64,000 nt of DNA from the human T2T-CHM13v2.0 reference genome, Homo sapiens. The position numbers and the translations under genes were made by a program. Below are positions 25,244 through 38,290 of this stretch, piece after piece. The stretch lies in assembly GCF_009914755.1 (NCBI RefSeq), contig NC_060935.1. One strand, given 5' to 3'. The notes beneath the pieces were generated by a model, which saw only the letters and a program-made list of their open reading frames with translations, searched no databases and was not told where the DNA came from. Position 1 is the first letter of the stretch. Every line of letters begins with the position of its first letter.

Positions 25244-25542
25244 TTTTTTTTTATTTAGACGGAGTCTCTCTCTTGTCACCCAGGCTGGAGTGCAGTGGTG
25301 CAATCTCGGTTCACTGAAACCTCTGCCTCCCAGGTTCAAACAATTATCCTGTCTTAGCCTCTTGAGTAGCTGGGATTACAGGCACCCACCACAATGCCTG
25401 GCTAATTTTTTTGTAATTTTATTGGAGAGATGGGATTTGATCTTGTTGGCCAGGCTGGTCTCAAACTCCTGACCTCAAGTGATCCACCCTCCTCAGCCTC
25501 CCGAAGTGCTGGGATCACAGGCGTGAGCCACCGCACCCGGCC
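25244..25542 (-). mobile_element. AluS SINE with 11-bp TSD
   Basis: Full antisense Alu; TSD TAGCAAGTTCT at 25217-25227 and 25544-25554. Confidence 0.94.
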
Positions 25543-26646
25543 GTAGCAAGTTCTTAATGAACAGGGGCCTCTGTTGTGTTATGGGATGTTCAGGACATGG
25601 CTCCCGTCAGCTCCCAGCTCCCAGACAGCAGGGATTTTTGTACCATGATTTTTTTGTGAACCCTCTGGCCCCTAAGGCTGTGCTGAGCATGTGCATCCCA
25701 GGGAGCTTACTGAGTCACTGTGGAATCTGCTGCTGAATGGACAGCCCATGGTTGAGGCCAGTGAACATGGCAGGACCTCTGCTTCCCTTGGGCAGCGGCT
25801 GGGGCGTAGCCTAGAGTCCTTCCCAGAGCCGAATGTAAGAAGCAAGGCTAAGCGTGGCTGGGTGAGTATATTCAGCATGTTAGCTGCTGCTTCACATCCT
25901 TGCGTGGCCCTCAAGAGAATCCTCAGGACACGCTATCCAGGGCTCTGTGCTGTTCTCAGCTGATGCCTCTGTTCCTGCAATTGCATGGACTCTTTCATCA
26001 AGAGGTAGCAAATCATCTACAAATAAGGGTTACAGGCTCTGTACAGGGGACAGAGATGAAGGACAAATTGCATCCTCTGCGCAGCACTGGGGAGACTGCA
26101 CCTGTCCCGTGCCACCTCCCAGGGCAGGTCCCTTTCTCCTTCCTCACCCAAGACAACCTGCTCAACATCCCTATCACCCAGAAATGGGGCTTGGGAGTTG
26201 GAGGACAGAGGAAAAAGAAACATTTATCAAACTGGAGAGTGGGAAATGACCTCGGACGGAGGCAAGGGAGAGAGCCAGGCCTCCACAAAGCAGAGAGGAA
26301 GCAATTTGACAACGAGGTGAAAATTGCCACTGCTGATTCTCCTGACACTCTGAGCTTTACCCATGGGCCCAGGGAAATCTGTCACTGGCTCAGGGAAATG
26401 TCTGCAAGGAACTGGTAATAGTTTAGCAATGGCCTAGTGACTTAGAATGAGATGGAGGCTGCGGCGGCACCAGGGGACATACCTCCTGTTTTTAACCCAA
26501 GATGATGAGATACGGAGACAGTTCTCTTCCCCACCCGGCTCCTCTGGTGACTGAGCCAATCAGCTCAAAAAGCCAAAGGGACAGAGAGAACATGCGGTCA
26601 GGAGGAAACTCAGATTGAGACAGGGTTTTACAAGCACACTGTCTTG

Positions 26647-26649
<3 letters not shown>

Positions 26650-26693
<44 letters not shown>
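26650..26693. repeat. (GT)22 microsatellite
   Basis: Read directly. Confidence 0.98.
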
Positions 26694-26694
<1 letters not shown>

Positions 26695-29689
26695 GTTTGG
26701 TTTGGTTTTCCTACAGCTGTTTTAATGAATGCACCTTCCCTTCATGCAGCCCTCCTCCTCTGTAGCATATCTCTGCTTTATGGCAAATGGGTTTTGATTC
26801 TGAAGCAAATTGACCTTGAAATAAGTTCCAGGATTTGAGTTCTTACACCCCAGATGCTGGGTTTGGAATGCAGACTGCTCAATCAGCAGATTCCAGCTCC
26901 AACTCCTGCATCTGGAGGGGGACACTGCATTTTGTCAAACTATTAGGCAAAGTCAGAATTGTGGGGCTGGACGCTGCGAGGCTGGGGCAGGCAGACCCTA
27001 GGTGTGCTGCCGATGTCAGGGTTCCCTCGGTCCTTCTCTCTGATGGCGTGTGTGTACTCCTGTGTAACTGAGGCCGCTTGGGAATGTTGCAGAGAGTGCT
27101 GAGAGTGGAGGGCTGCAAGAATCTAGGGTGACGTGGCTACAGAGCTCTGATCACAAACCCATCATGTCACAGGGAAACTGAGTACACTTTGCGGAAAGAA
27201 AACGTGTGCTTCGTACGTGCATATGTTTAAGAAGATCATCTTCATCTTAGTTTTGCTGAGTTCCCGATTCTACTGCGATTGTGATTCAGGGATTTTGTTG
27301 TAACAGACCCAAAAACAGCAAGTATTTATTGAGCATCTACTGTGTGCCTGGCCATGGAGCAACTATCTTTAAAGTGAAAGTATGAGCTGAGCTGAGTCCC
27401 CTCGTGACTGCCTGTGCTCAGCATGAGGCAAGCGTGTGCTCAAGGCTGGTGTCTGAGTGCTGAGCAGTATGGGTGATGGATTTAATTTAAAGGAGATTCT
27501 GGTGGCTTTAATGTGTCCAAGCGTTATGTTGTTCTGAGCTGAAAGATGAATGGAACTGGCAATATAGGGGCTCGTGTGAACAGAACTAAAATGTCCTCCA
27601 CCAATTTTCAGCTTCCACAACACAAAGGATTGTTGAAACTCAGTTCTTTCCCCTGGGGTTTTTGTTTTTGAGGCTGAAGCAATGAAACAGATCACTGCAA
27701 AGACAACCAGAAGCCTTTTGTAGATGATAGGGGTGAATCTAGACCAGAAGGCAGATAGGCAGGGGGTTGGGAGGGCGAGCCACCCAGTGTGCCGTCTGAC
27801 CTTGAGATGGACAGGGAGGGGGCTGTCTTAGAAGAACCAGAGCCTCTGGGCCAGCGCCGGGCTACTCTGATGTGGCCTGGGCTACAGCCTTTGGGATGAG
27901 AGCCAGGCAGAGAAATAGGTAGGGAGTTGGTGTTAAAAAAGCAATCCCAGAAAGGCTTGAGGCTGCTCATTTGCAAGCTGTGCATTTCTTTTCCAGTAAG
28001 GGAGACCTTTGGGAGTGATTTTTACAGAAGAAGCAGTTAGGTATAACTCTGGTTACAGCAGAAATTCAGCACATCCAAGACCTCAAAAGGCCTCCAGAGG
28101 TTGCTTAGTGCAGCCCCTTCCCCCAAGCAGGTCTGCGCCTACAGCCATTCCAGAACAATAGTGTTTCATTTTAAATATTTCTCAGGAAGGGTATTTCGTA
28201 AACTCCCTGATGCACTGGTACCAAAACAAAGCCTAGCAGAAAAAGAACCAAATTTTCTCTGGACTATGGCCAAGTGCAATCCAAGATGGATACAGATGTT
28301 GCAAAAGCAGCCAGTTAGTCAGCAAATGTGCCAATATACCTCTTCTCTGTGCCCTCTGGTGACATGCTATCCGAATTAAATTAGTTCAGTATTGCTTGGG
28401 GCTCCTATTTGACTCTGATTCATTCCGGTGGGAGCAGCGTTTTAAGTTCAAGGAAGAGAGGTGGGCAGAAGACTTTGCTCCCAGTAACATCAGGATGTGA
28501 GCCCACTTTAAAACCTCCCCTATGCTCAGATAAGATGGAAATTGAGCTTAAATGCTAGTTACACACGTTCTATAATTGTCTTGCATTTTAGCAAATTCAG
28601 GGATAAGTAAGTATTGAAAAGCCAACGTGTTCTGGAAGCAGAAGGCTTAGAACATGTTCTATGCATGGATAGACAGGAACATGTTCCGATGAGCTAGAAG
28701 TTGTGTGCAGTAGAAGACTGCCCATGTGTATCCATCACCAACTATTTACGCCACCAATGCAAGATGGTATTCCTGAAGAAATGAGAGTGAAGACATAGAA
28801 AATCATAATTGTCTGGCATGTTTTCAGAGCATATGTAGAGTGATTAGGTAGGACAAAAATCCTGTGAATAAAAATATGATGAGAATGGAAGAACTAGTGC
28901 TAGGCTCGAGAGGTATGCGAAAACAAACAACAACAATAGCAACAAAAAGATGTGAAGAGCTCTGCCTTTGGAGGGCGTAGCTGGAGTTTCTGAGATGCAG
29001 TAGCACTCCACAGCGAATAAGCCCATGAGAGAATGCACAGACATACAGTCTGACGACAAGGGAAGCATGCTGGGCATTGAGTGGCAAAGCCCGAATAAGG
29101 AAAGTGGAGGCAGTCAAATGGAAACCTGCCATGGTTATCAAGGAAGTTTCCTTTCTCCTTGCACCATAAAATAATAGGGGGAGGCAGCCAAGACTTGCCA
29201 GTCTCCCAAATGCTCCCACTCTAACTTTATGTAAAACACTTGACACAGTCAGAAAAACCTGGAACACATATATCTCTAGTAACACTGAGGCTAGGACACA
29301 CACCAAAGGCTGTGGGAGTACAGAGGATGAGCAACTCTTTTGCAGTAGCTGAAGGTCAGGAAGGAAAAGCAGAAAGAAAGAAATTGAAAGTAGATATGGA
29401 TTTAGTACTACGTTGCAGCATTTTGTCTTTAAAACCATAGTTTATCAGACTAAAATGGTGGGGCATTGGCAACAGACAGAACACACTCAAGAAAGAGGGA
29501 AGAAAGAACACAATTGGCCACAAAGTGAAAGAGTCAAGACGCAAATTTTTCATGAAAAGGAGAGATAGAGCCAAATGGAATTAACATTAGATTTTATGAA
29601 GAGCAGCAGACGTGGTGTAGAAAAAATGTAACAGATAAGTCACCCAGTAAAATAGCAAATAAGGATATGGGGGTAACATCTACCGCTAA

Positions 29690-29982
<293 letters not shown>

Positions 29983-30199
29983 ACCACTGAACATCTCATA
30001 TACTAAAGCACACAATAAAAATAGCCAGTAAAGGTACTACGAGACTATATCCAAGAGGGCAAGTTCTATGACTCTAAGTTTGAAATAAAGTTTTCTTTAC
30101 AGACATTTTCCCTGATTTCTAAGCCTCTTCAGCTGCACCAAGGGTCTCCTCATGTCTACAGCTAAAAGCATTTTCAAGTCATCATCTTCTTTAAAATCC

Positions 30200-30832
30200 C
30201 TTTCCTGGTCTTCCTACCTCTTCCCATCTCCCTTCCTATTCACTACTCATGAGGCAGAATGATCCTTTTCAAACATAATTAGACCACATCACTCCCCACT
30301 TATATCTCCCAGTGACTTCTCATTCCATGTAGAAAACAATTCAAATGCCCCATCTGGCTCACAAATCATCCCACATCCTGGCTGGCCCATGATCCCATTC
30401 CTGTCACCTCCCCTTGCTCACTCAGCCCCAGCTACATGGGCTTCTTGCTGTCCCTCAAACACACCAGGCATAATCCTGCCTCAGGGCCTTGGCACCTGCT
30501 GTTCCCTCTGCCTGAAATGCTCTTGCCCCTGAAATACATATGGGCTGCTCGCTGACTTCACTCAAGTCTATGCTCCCACGCTATTTCCTAATGGAGTGGG
30601 TCCACCACCTGCAGGCCTGCACTGTCCTTCTTCATAACACGTAGTGCTCTGGGATTGTAGATCACATATCTGCTTGTTATTGTCTATTATCTGTCACTTA
30701 GGCTAATATGTACTTTCTATGATAGCAGCAGTTTTGTCTGTCGGTCCACTAATATATTCTCCATGCCTAGAAGAGTACTTGGCACATAGTAGATGTCCAA
30801 TAGCTACTTCTTAAATGAATGAATGAATGAAT
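30200..30832 (+). mobile_element. L2 (L2a-like) 3' end
   Basis: 'cctgcctcagggccttggcacctgctgttccctctgcctgaaatgctctt...tggcacatagtagatg...aatgaatgaatgaatgaat'. Confidence 0.9.
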
Positions 30833-31398
30833 CATAACGATAAATTACGCTAACCGGTGCAGCACTAGCCACTAACTAATGTGATGCTGCCAGACACAAA
30901 GCTTGTAATTGTATGTTGAAAGAAAACAGAAACCTGAATGATGTAGCATGTGAGAGCAGGAAGAGAATTCAGGGTTAATTGAGCTCACTCCCTGTTAAGG
31001 TAATGAAACTCAAAATGTCTAATAATTTATTAATGTTCACATAACTAGTAAATGGTGGCCCAGGTATTAATTTACGTCTGTGTATTCACTGGCCAGAGTC
31101 TTGCTTGTTTACACTACCCAGCTAGGTATTTATCCCCTAAAAACTAGGATTCTAATAGAAAAAGCCAAATGTACTAAGTTGACAATAATTTAAGAACAGG
31201 TGTAAAGCATCACTTTTTTTGCCAAGTGGTCAGGAGATGAAGAGGGGAGAGGAGAGATGTTCCTGGGGGCATCTCCGGAGAAAGCTTTGTCTGTATGCTT
31301 CTAAATGACTGTCATGGCCAAATACAAGGGCAAGTGTGCTGTCTGTCTCTAAATGCAGACCACACATCAAGTGCCACCCTGTCAAAGAGGAAGCTACA

Positions 31399-31817
<419 letters not shown>

Positions 31818-32831
31818 TCAGGGGCAAAATGTCCTTTCAGTCTCTCTTTGGAAGTCTCTCCTTTGGGAAAGTACATGAGCCAGGAAAGCCACATTCCTGA
31901 GAAGGGTCCCGTGGCTGTGGTCCAGGCAGGCCCACACTGGAGAAATGTGTGGGCAGAAGACATTAGCAAAGGGCCTGAGTGGGAGGATGGGGGGGACCAT
32001 CCACAGGAAGCCAAACTATTCCATGGGGAAAATGGAACAGAAGATAAAGTTCCTGTAATTAGGTAAAAGTGCTAAAAAGCCAGCAAGTTTCATCTATTAA
32101 ATATAATGTGACCTGACGGGTACCCGTGAGCTGGTAAGAACAGAGGAAAGATGTATAAAAATAAAATAGGTGAATATATGTTTCATTTACTTCTTAGTTT
32201 GCATAATCATAAGTAAACAAGCATGAAAGTGATGCCTCGGGCCCCGGGCCATGTCCATCCTCGGCTCCACAGTTCAGGGACAGCCGCTCATTTGTATGCT
32301 CCGTGTCGCCAAGATTCAACAGCATTTGGGGAAAGAATGAACAAATAATTTATTTCTTACTTGAAAAGTTAATTCATTTCTATTAATATTTCATTTATTA
32401 CCTCTAAATTGACCAGATTATTAAATTAACCACTATTTGGTAGCCAAAATTTTGCTGTACACACAGAATATAAATTGATGATATCTACTCCGTGACCACA
32501 CAGTTAAGAAAGCACTGAAGTCAAAGGAAGAAAAACGGCGTAAATCTGCTTCAGTTCTGCCCCTAGGCCGCTGTTTTCGGTCATGTTCTGTTGCAGGCAG
32601 GATGAGACAGTAGAGATGTGTCCTGATGTTCCCCTCCCTGACAAGAGCACCCCAGCAACTCTCCTGTTGGCCCTTGAGCTAACAAGCTGAGCAATCGCAC
32701 CGACCCTCCAGGAGTGCTCCTTGGGTGGCATTCATCTGCCAACATCATGATTTTGCATTTGTCACTAACACACTGGTTGCCTTCCGTCCAGGTGCTCTCA
32801 TTGGTACACTAGACTTCAAATTGGCGTTCTC

Positions 32832-32918
32832 CTGAATAAAACAGAAAAAGAGAAAGAGGAAGAGGAAGGGAAATAGCTCTGAAGAAACAACTTATCTCAA
32901 ACGATCTCAGAAACTCAC
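32832..32918 (-). other. Putative 87-nt spliceosomal intron of an unannotated or non-coding minus-strand transcript
   Basis: Minus strand reads CAG|GTGAGT ... ~40-nt polypyrimidine tract ... TTATTCAG|G. Motif evidence only. Confidence 0.4.
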
Positions 32919-33054
32919 CTGCTTAGGAGACCCACAGCAATCATGGGGTGCCCATAGACACAGGGGCTTCTCTATACCGGAGTTTTACTTTATAAGCCCA
33001 CCATGCAGTGGAGAGACTACCTTAAGTGGCAGTGTGGGTGTGAAGTTTGCAATC

Positions 33055-33260
33055 AGACTATCAAGGCTGACTTTTGATTCTCTTGTGTGATCGCTGGGTG
33101 ACCTTGAGAAAGTCACTTTCCTTCTCTGGGCCTGAGCCCCTTCCTTGGCAGCATGGATGGACATCCTACCTCCCAGGACTGTTTTGAGAATCCAGTGGAA
33201 ATATATGTGAGAAAGATTTGCACCCAGTAAAAATCGTATACAAATATGAGATATCATTAG
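33055..33260 (+). mobile_element. MIR SINE
   Basis: 'gctgggtgaccttgagaaagtcactttccttctctgggcctgag...cctacctcccaggactgttttgagaat'. Confidence 0.8.
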
Positions 33261-35459
33261 AATGAGTTCCTTTTGATTATTCCATAACTAAAGCCCTTGG
33301 CTCAAGTCCGAGACAGATGCCATGCTGTCCACCGAATTCCATTTTATACCAAATCATGTTAGAGAGTCCAAAGTATTTCCATTTTAAAATCCCATCTTCG
33401 GCTGCTTGCATGTTTAAATGAAAATTCATTTGGATAGCAGCATGCTAGGAGCAAGACAGCAGTAACTAAATAAACAACTAATCAGCGATGGGTTAGGCCT
33501 CTCTATAGGGACGCGGATGGAGGACACTTGCAGTGCGCCTGCCTGGAGTGACCCCCGCAGATGGTTTTGGGCTCCAGTGTGTCCCCCTCTGGGCCAGGCC
33601 CACTCTCCCTCCCTTGGGAGGAAGCACACAGCCCAATTTAAGCACCCAATGTGTAGGCTGGGAATGGAAAGGAGATAATGGTGTGTGTTTGCTTTGTTAA
33701 CTTATCCATTTTGTATCCTGCTTTTCTTCCACTGTTAGCCAAGGAAAAACCTCGGGGCTGCCGTAGCTGGGCAGGAGGAAATGAAGGGCCTACCCTGGCC
33801 GCTCCGACCTTGAGTCTCCTCATCCACTCTCACCCACAAAGGCAGTTGCTCTGACCGAGGTCACTAAAGGCTCTTAATTCTTTCTGTGAAAGACAGTGAT
33901 GGAGCCATGTCAGGGGGTTTTTGCCCCAGTCATTTCCTGGGGCACCTTGTACTCTGTGCAGAGGCTGTGTCCTCACATTTGTGATTGAAGGCACAGGCAG
34001 ACAATAGGGTTCAGATTCCATTTTCTTGGCTCATAAGGGCGATTCTCTGGCAGGTCCCTTAGTGCGGTCCGGCCTGGGTATCCTGTCCCTCTGCGTCCTG
34101 CCCTTATTCAAGGACCAGCGTTTCCAGCACATCATTCAGTGGCAACATGGCATCGTGTCTCTGCATTTAGAGGGCCACTGATCAGCACTGTGATCTCAGG
34201 CAGCTGATCTCAGATCATGGCAGCACAGTGGTCTCATTAGCGTCCTCATCTGTAGAACGGGCACAGCACTATCTACTGCACAGAGCAGTCCTAAATATTA
34301 AATGTGGTCCTGCAGGTACAGAGCTAAGCAAGTGTCTGTGGCCTCATAAGCCAGGGACATCACAGGAGGTCTTCCCAGTGGCTCCCACCCAGAGCTCATC
34401 CTGCTACAAGTTCTGAGCCATTGGAGAGCTCCTTCTATTATTTGCTGATTCATTAGGGCCTGCCTTTGACAGTAGGACTCATGGCCACTCATAGTGTTGT
34501 ATTACTCATAGCACTTAACATTTTACTAAGCATAGGATGGACATTTAACAAATGATTGTTTTGTGCTTTGTGAAGTCAGATGTGCCCATCCACGCTAATC
34601 ACGGAGGAATCCACAGCCTGTGCACAGGGCGAGTCCCTCTATCTTTGGTTCATGCTTCAGTTTGCTGGAGCCATTCATTCATTCTTTCCTGGAGTATGTC
34701 TCACATGCCTACCGCATGCCAGGAATCCAGGAGGTGGTGATGATCAGGCAGCCAGGATTTCTGTCTCCACAGAGCATACAGTTTAGTTGGCTGCATTCAT
34801 ATACCTAAAGCATTTTTGCTCCCTCAAAAAAGAAATTATCAATGATTCCAAGTACTTAAAAATCACCATAACCTGAAAAGCTTGCTGGGTTGTAAGTAAC
34901 AACCTCACCTTATTCTGTTTATCTGTCACTGAGCTGGAAACAGTTACAAAGTAGGATGTGCTACACTGCCTATTGAGTTTATTTTGTCTTTTATATAGAA
35001 ATCAACCTTGTAGAGGAAACCACATCATTTAAAAAAATACTCAAGCTCTATTTTAAGGGTGTAAAGTGATCACATTTTCTGGAGATGAATGTGTCCCTTT
35101 GAAAGCACCTGACTACATCAGAGGCCGAAATGCAGATGTGGGGGGCCACCCTGATAAGGTCCCCCCATGATGGTCTTTATGGACCCCTCTGAGCAAGGGG
35201 AGACTCTCTTGTTCCATTTCTGAAAAGTGGCAGAGGAAGGAACAGGTGCCTTCGGGATTCAGAGTTAATCAAATCCACAAAAGGCAATCCAGTCGCTTCT
35301 TGGGATTAATAGAAATTAGTCCACTGGAGACTTCTTAGAGAAAGAAAAGCAGAGAGAGAGACAAAGACAGAGAGACAGACAGACACAGAGAGAGACTGAA
35401 AAGATGAAGGAGGGAGGATAGAAGAAAGGCTTCATTTTTTTTTTTCAGATGACGTTCCC

Positions 35460-35945
35460 CAATAACATACATATAGCCTGGTGCACAGAATGTCAGCTCA
35501 ATGAATTGTCACAAACTAAACACACTCAAATAACCAGCATGCCAATAAAGACACAGAATGAAGCATGCAGGAATCACCAGGCCCTGTTGCGCTCACAGCT
35601 GCCCTCTTCCACAGGTTAACCTCCAACTTGATGCCAGCCTCCCTAGATAAGTGTGCCTGCTTTACAACTCACATGAGTGAGATCAGAGAGATTCTTCTCC
35701 TCTGTGGCTGGCTTCCTCTGTTCCACATGTGTTTGTGAGATCCAAGCATGTTGTGGCCTATATTTGTGGTTGTCACTCTCATTGCTGTGTAGTGTTCCAT
35801 TGTGTGAATATGCTACACATTATTTTATGTACTGTACTTTCGAAGGGCATCTGGGTAGTTTGCAGCTTTTATCTGTGGCACGTGGCTACAGTGCACATTT
35901 TTGTACAAGGCTTTTTTTTGTGAATATATGCCCTTATTTTTATAA
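35460..35945 (-). mobile_element. Old L1 (L1ME-like) 3' fragment
   Basis: 'cagctcaatgaattgtcacaaactaaacacac...tttgtgagatccaagcatgttgt...tagtgttccattgtgtgaatat...gggcatctgggtagtttgcag'. Confidence 0.8.
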
Positions 35946-37423
35946 GGGATGAGATAAATTCAATTTATTTATTAAAATAAATTTAATTTTAAGAATCCAA
36001 GTAACTTTATAGATGTTGAAATTATTACATAAAGAGTCATAGAAGAGAAGTCTTCAATGTTCAAACACACATGGAGAATATACCTATTAAATAGTACTGA
36101 GGAAGATATTTAAGTGTACTGAGACACTTCTTCAAGTATCTCTTTGTAGTGATTAGTAACTGCTGTAGTGTTAATAATTACTAATACTACAAACGTATAT
36201 GATATACGTAATTACTAATATACAAACGTATATTCATTATTATAAATGCTAATGCTTGGTTGTTTGGGTAAAGAGTTCTATTTTGTCCCTAAGATGAGTG
36301 AGGACCTGTGTGAAATACATAGTAGTTGCTGATTCACACTTATAGGGAAGTTGTCTCTTCTTCCAAAGGGTGGCAGCTTACCTCAGTTGCAGGCAAAGGA
36401 TTCCTCAATAGGAGATGATCAGCTTTAAAATACTGGTCTTGCAACTCCTCACGTGTAAAGCAACAACAAACATTGCAAACCAGGACGTGATGGGCAAAAG
36501 GGGAAAACAGGCATTAATTAGAAGACATTTACACTCACTCAAATGATTGAACTAGAACCCAAGAATCTGCAAGGAGGCGAAGGCTCCTAGACGATCTCTA
36601 CTTATTCTCCATCTGTGACCTGCAGCTAGACTTCTTCCATGGCCCAGTTCTCCCCAACAAAACGATTGCCATCCTCTGCTTCTTAACGTGCCAAGAAAGC
36701 AAAAACTAACTAAATGAATGAGTAAAGAAAAAGAGCCCAGCCCTTGTTCCCCGAATTGCTTCCTCCACCTGCTCCTAATAGGGAAGCCACCTTATGAATT
36801 ACAGCTGCCTGGGCAAAGCTCTGAGGAACCTGTAGGCTATCTCACTTCCCTTTCACCCGCTGTAGGGTAATGAGATGCGAGGATCTGGCGTGTTTGACAA
36901 GCTGGTTGCTCCAGCGGGCTCAGGCGCTGGAATGGGAGATTAATTGATGCTAAAAGACACAGTTTGATGTGGCAATGAAATTTCGATTATAATAATCTCT
37001 AATTATCTTGTACCTCGAGTGCCCTGGCTCTCCCAGGTGTTTCTTCTTGGTTGGAAATTGCTATTTGTGCATGAATAAAGCAGGCGGCTTTTATTTTTTT
37101 TTTTTTTTTGTGGGTTTGGGGGTATGGGGAAGGACGTAAATAGGAGTGGAAAAAGAATATACACTGCCACGTTTGAGAGCAGAGGAATGTCTGAGGTAGA
37201 GTGTCTCTGAGGAAAGTATAGCATTCGAGGAAAGTAAAGTTCACATTACTTTATAGCAAATGTTACTAAGACAAGATAAAGGCAAACGTAATAAAGATAG
37301 TAGACTAAACTGGAATTCTTATATCTTGACTATTGATGGCCAGGCAAGGACCTCCATGACTAGATTATACCATCTCTAAGACTATTGGAGAAAAAGGGTC
37401 AAAGACAAAATTAAACCTCATCT

Positions 37424-37775
<352 letters not shown>

Positions 37776-38144
37776 CTAGAAAACGAATTCAGGTTTCCAT
37801 GTTTTAGTGCTTGGACAAAGGAAATAGAACTTCCATAGAGGAGAAGAAGGATTTCTCACTCCCATCTCTGACAGTGTATGCCCTAAGTCCCCTGCAACTT
37901 AAATGTCTATGGTAATTGTCATGTTTGCAAAGACAATGTGGACTATTCCAGGCTGTGAAACTCAAATTCTTCAAGATTGCTTAGAAAGTTGGGAGGACCC
38001 ACGAAGCCACTAAGGGAATTGACAGAGTCCACCTTCTGGAAGAACACAGAGGGAGGATGTGAGGAGACAATCTCCCACACTCCACACACTCTGCAAAGCA
38101 TCAGACTTATTCACAGATCTTTCACGGGTGACCCCTTCCTCCCA

Positions 38145-38290
38145 GTAATTAATTAACTTCTCTAAATCTGTTTTTCTCATTTGCAAAATGTGGAAAAGTT
38201 ATTAATAGTTTATGAAGATTATCTTCCTGTGATAATAGGCCCGGCCCAGTATTTGGCATGTAATAAATGCTTAATAAACACAGTTATCAC
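38145..38290 (+). mobile_element. MIR SINE fragment
   Basis: 'aacttctctaaatctgtttttctcatttgcaaaatg...tggcatgtaataaatgcttaataaa'. Confidence 0.7.

Noticed and set aside
28824-29438. Longest ORF in the track (204 aa, minus strand)
   Set aside because: L/S/V/F-rich composition expected from the antisense of purine-rich DNA, with no recognisable domain or splice structure.
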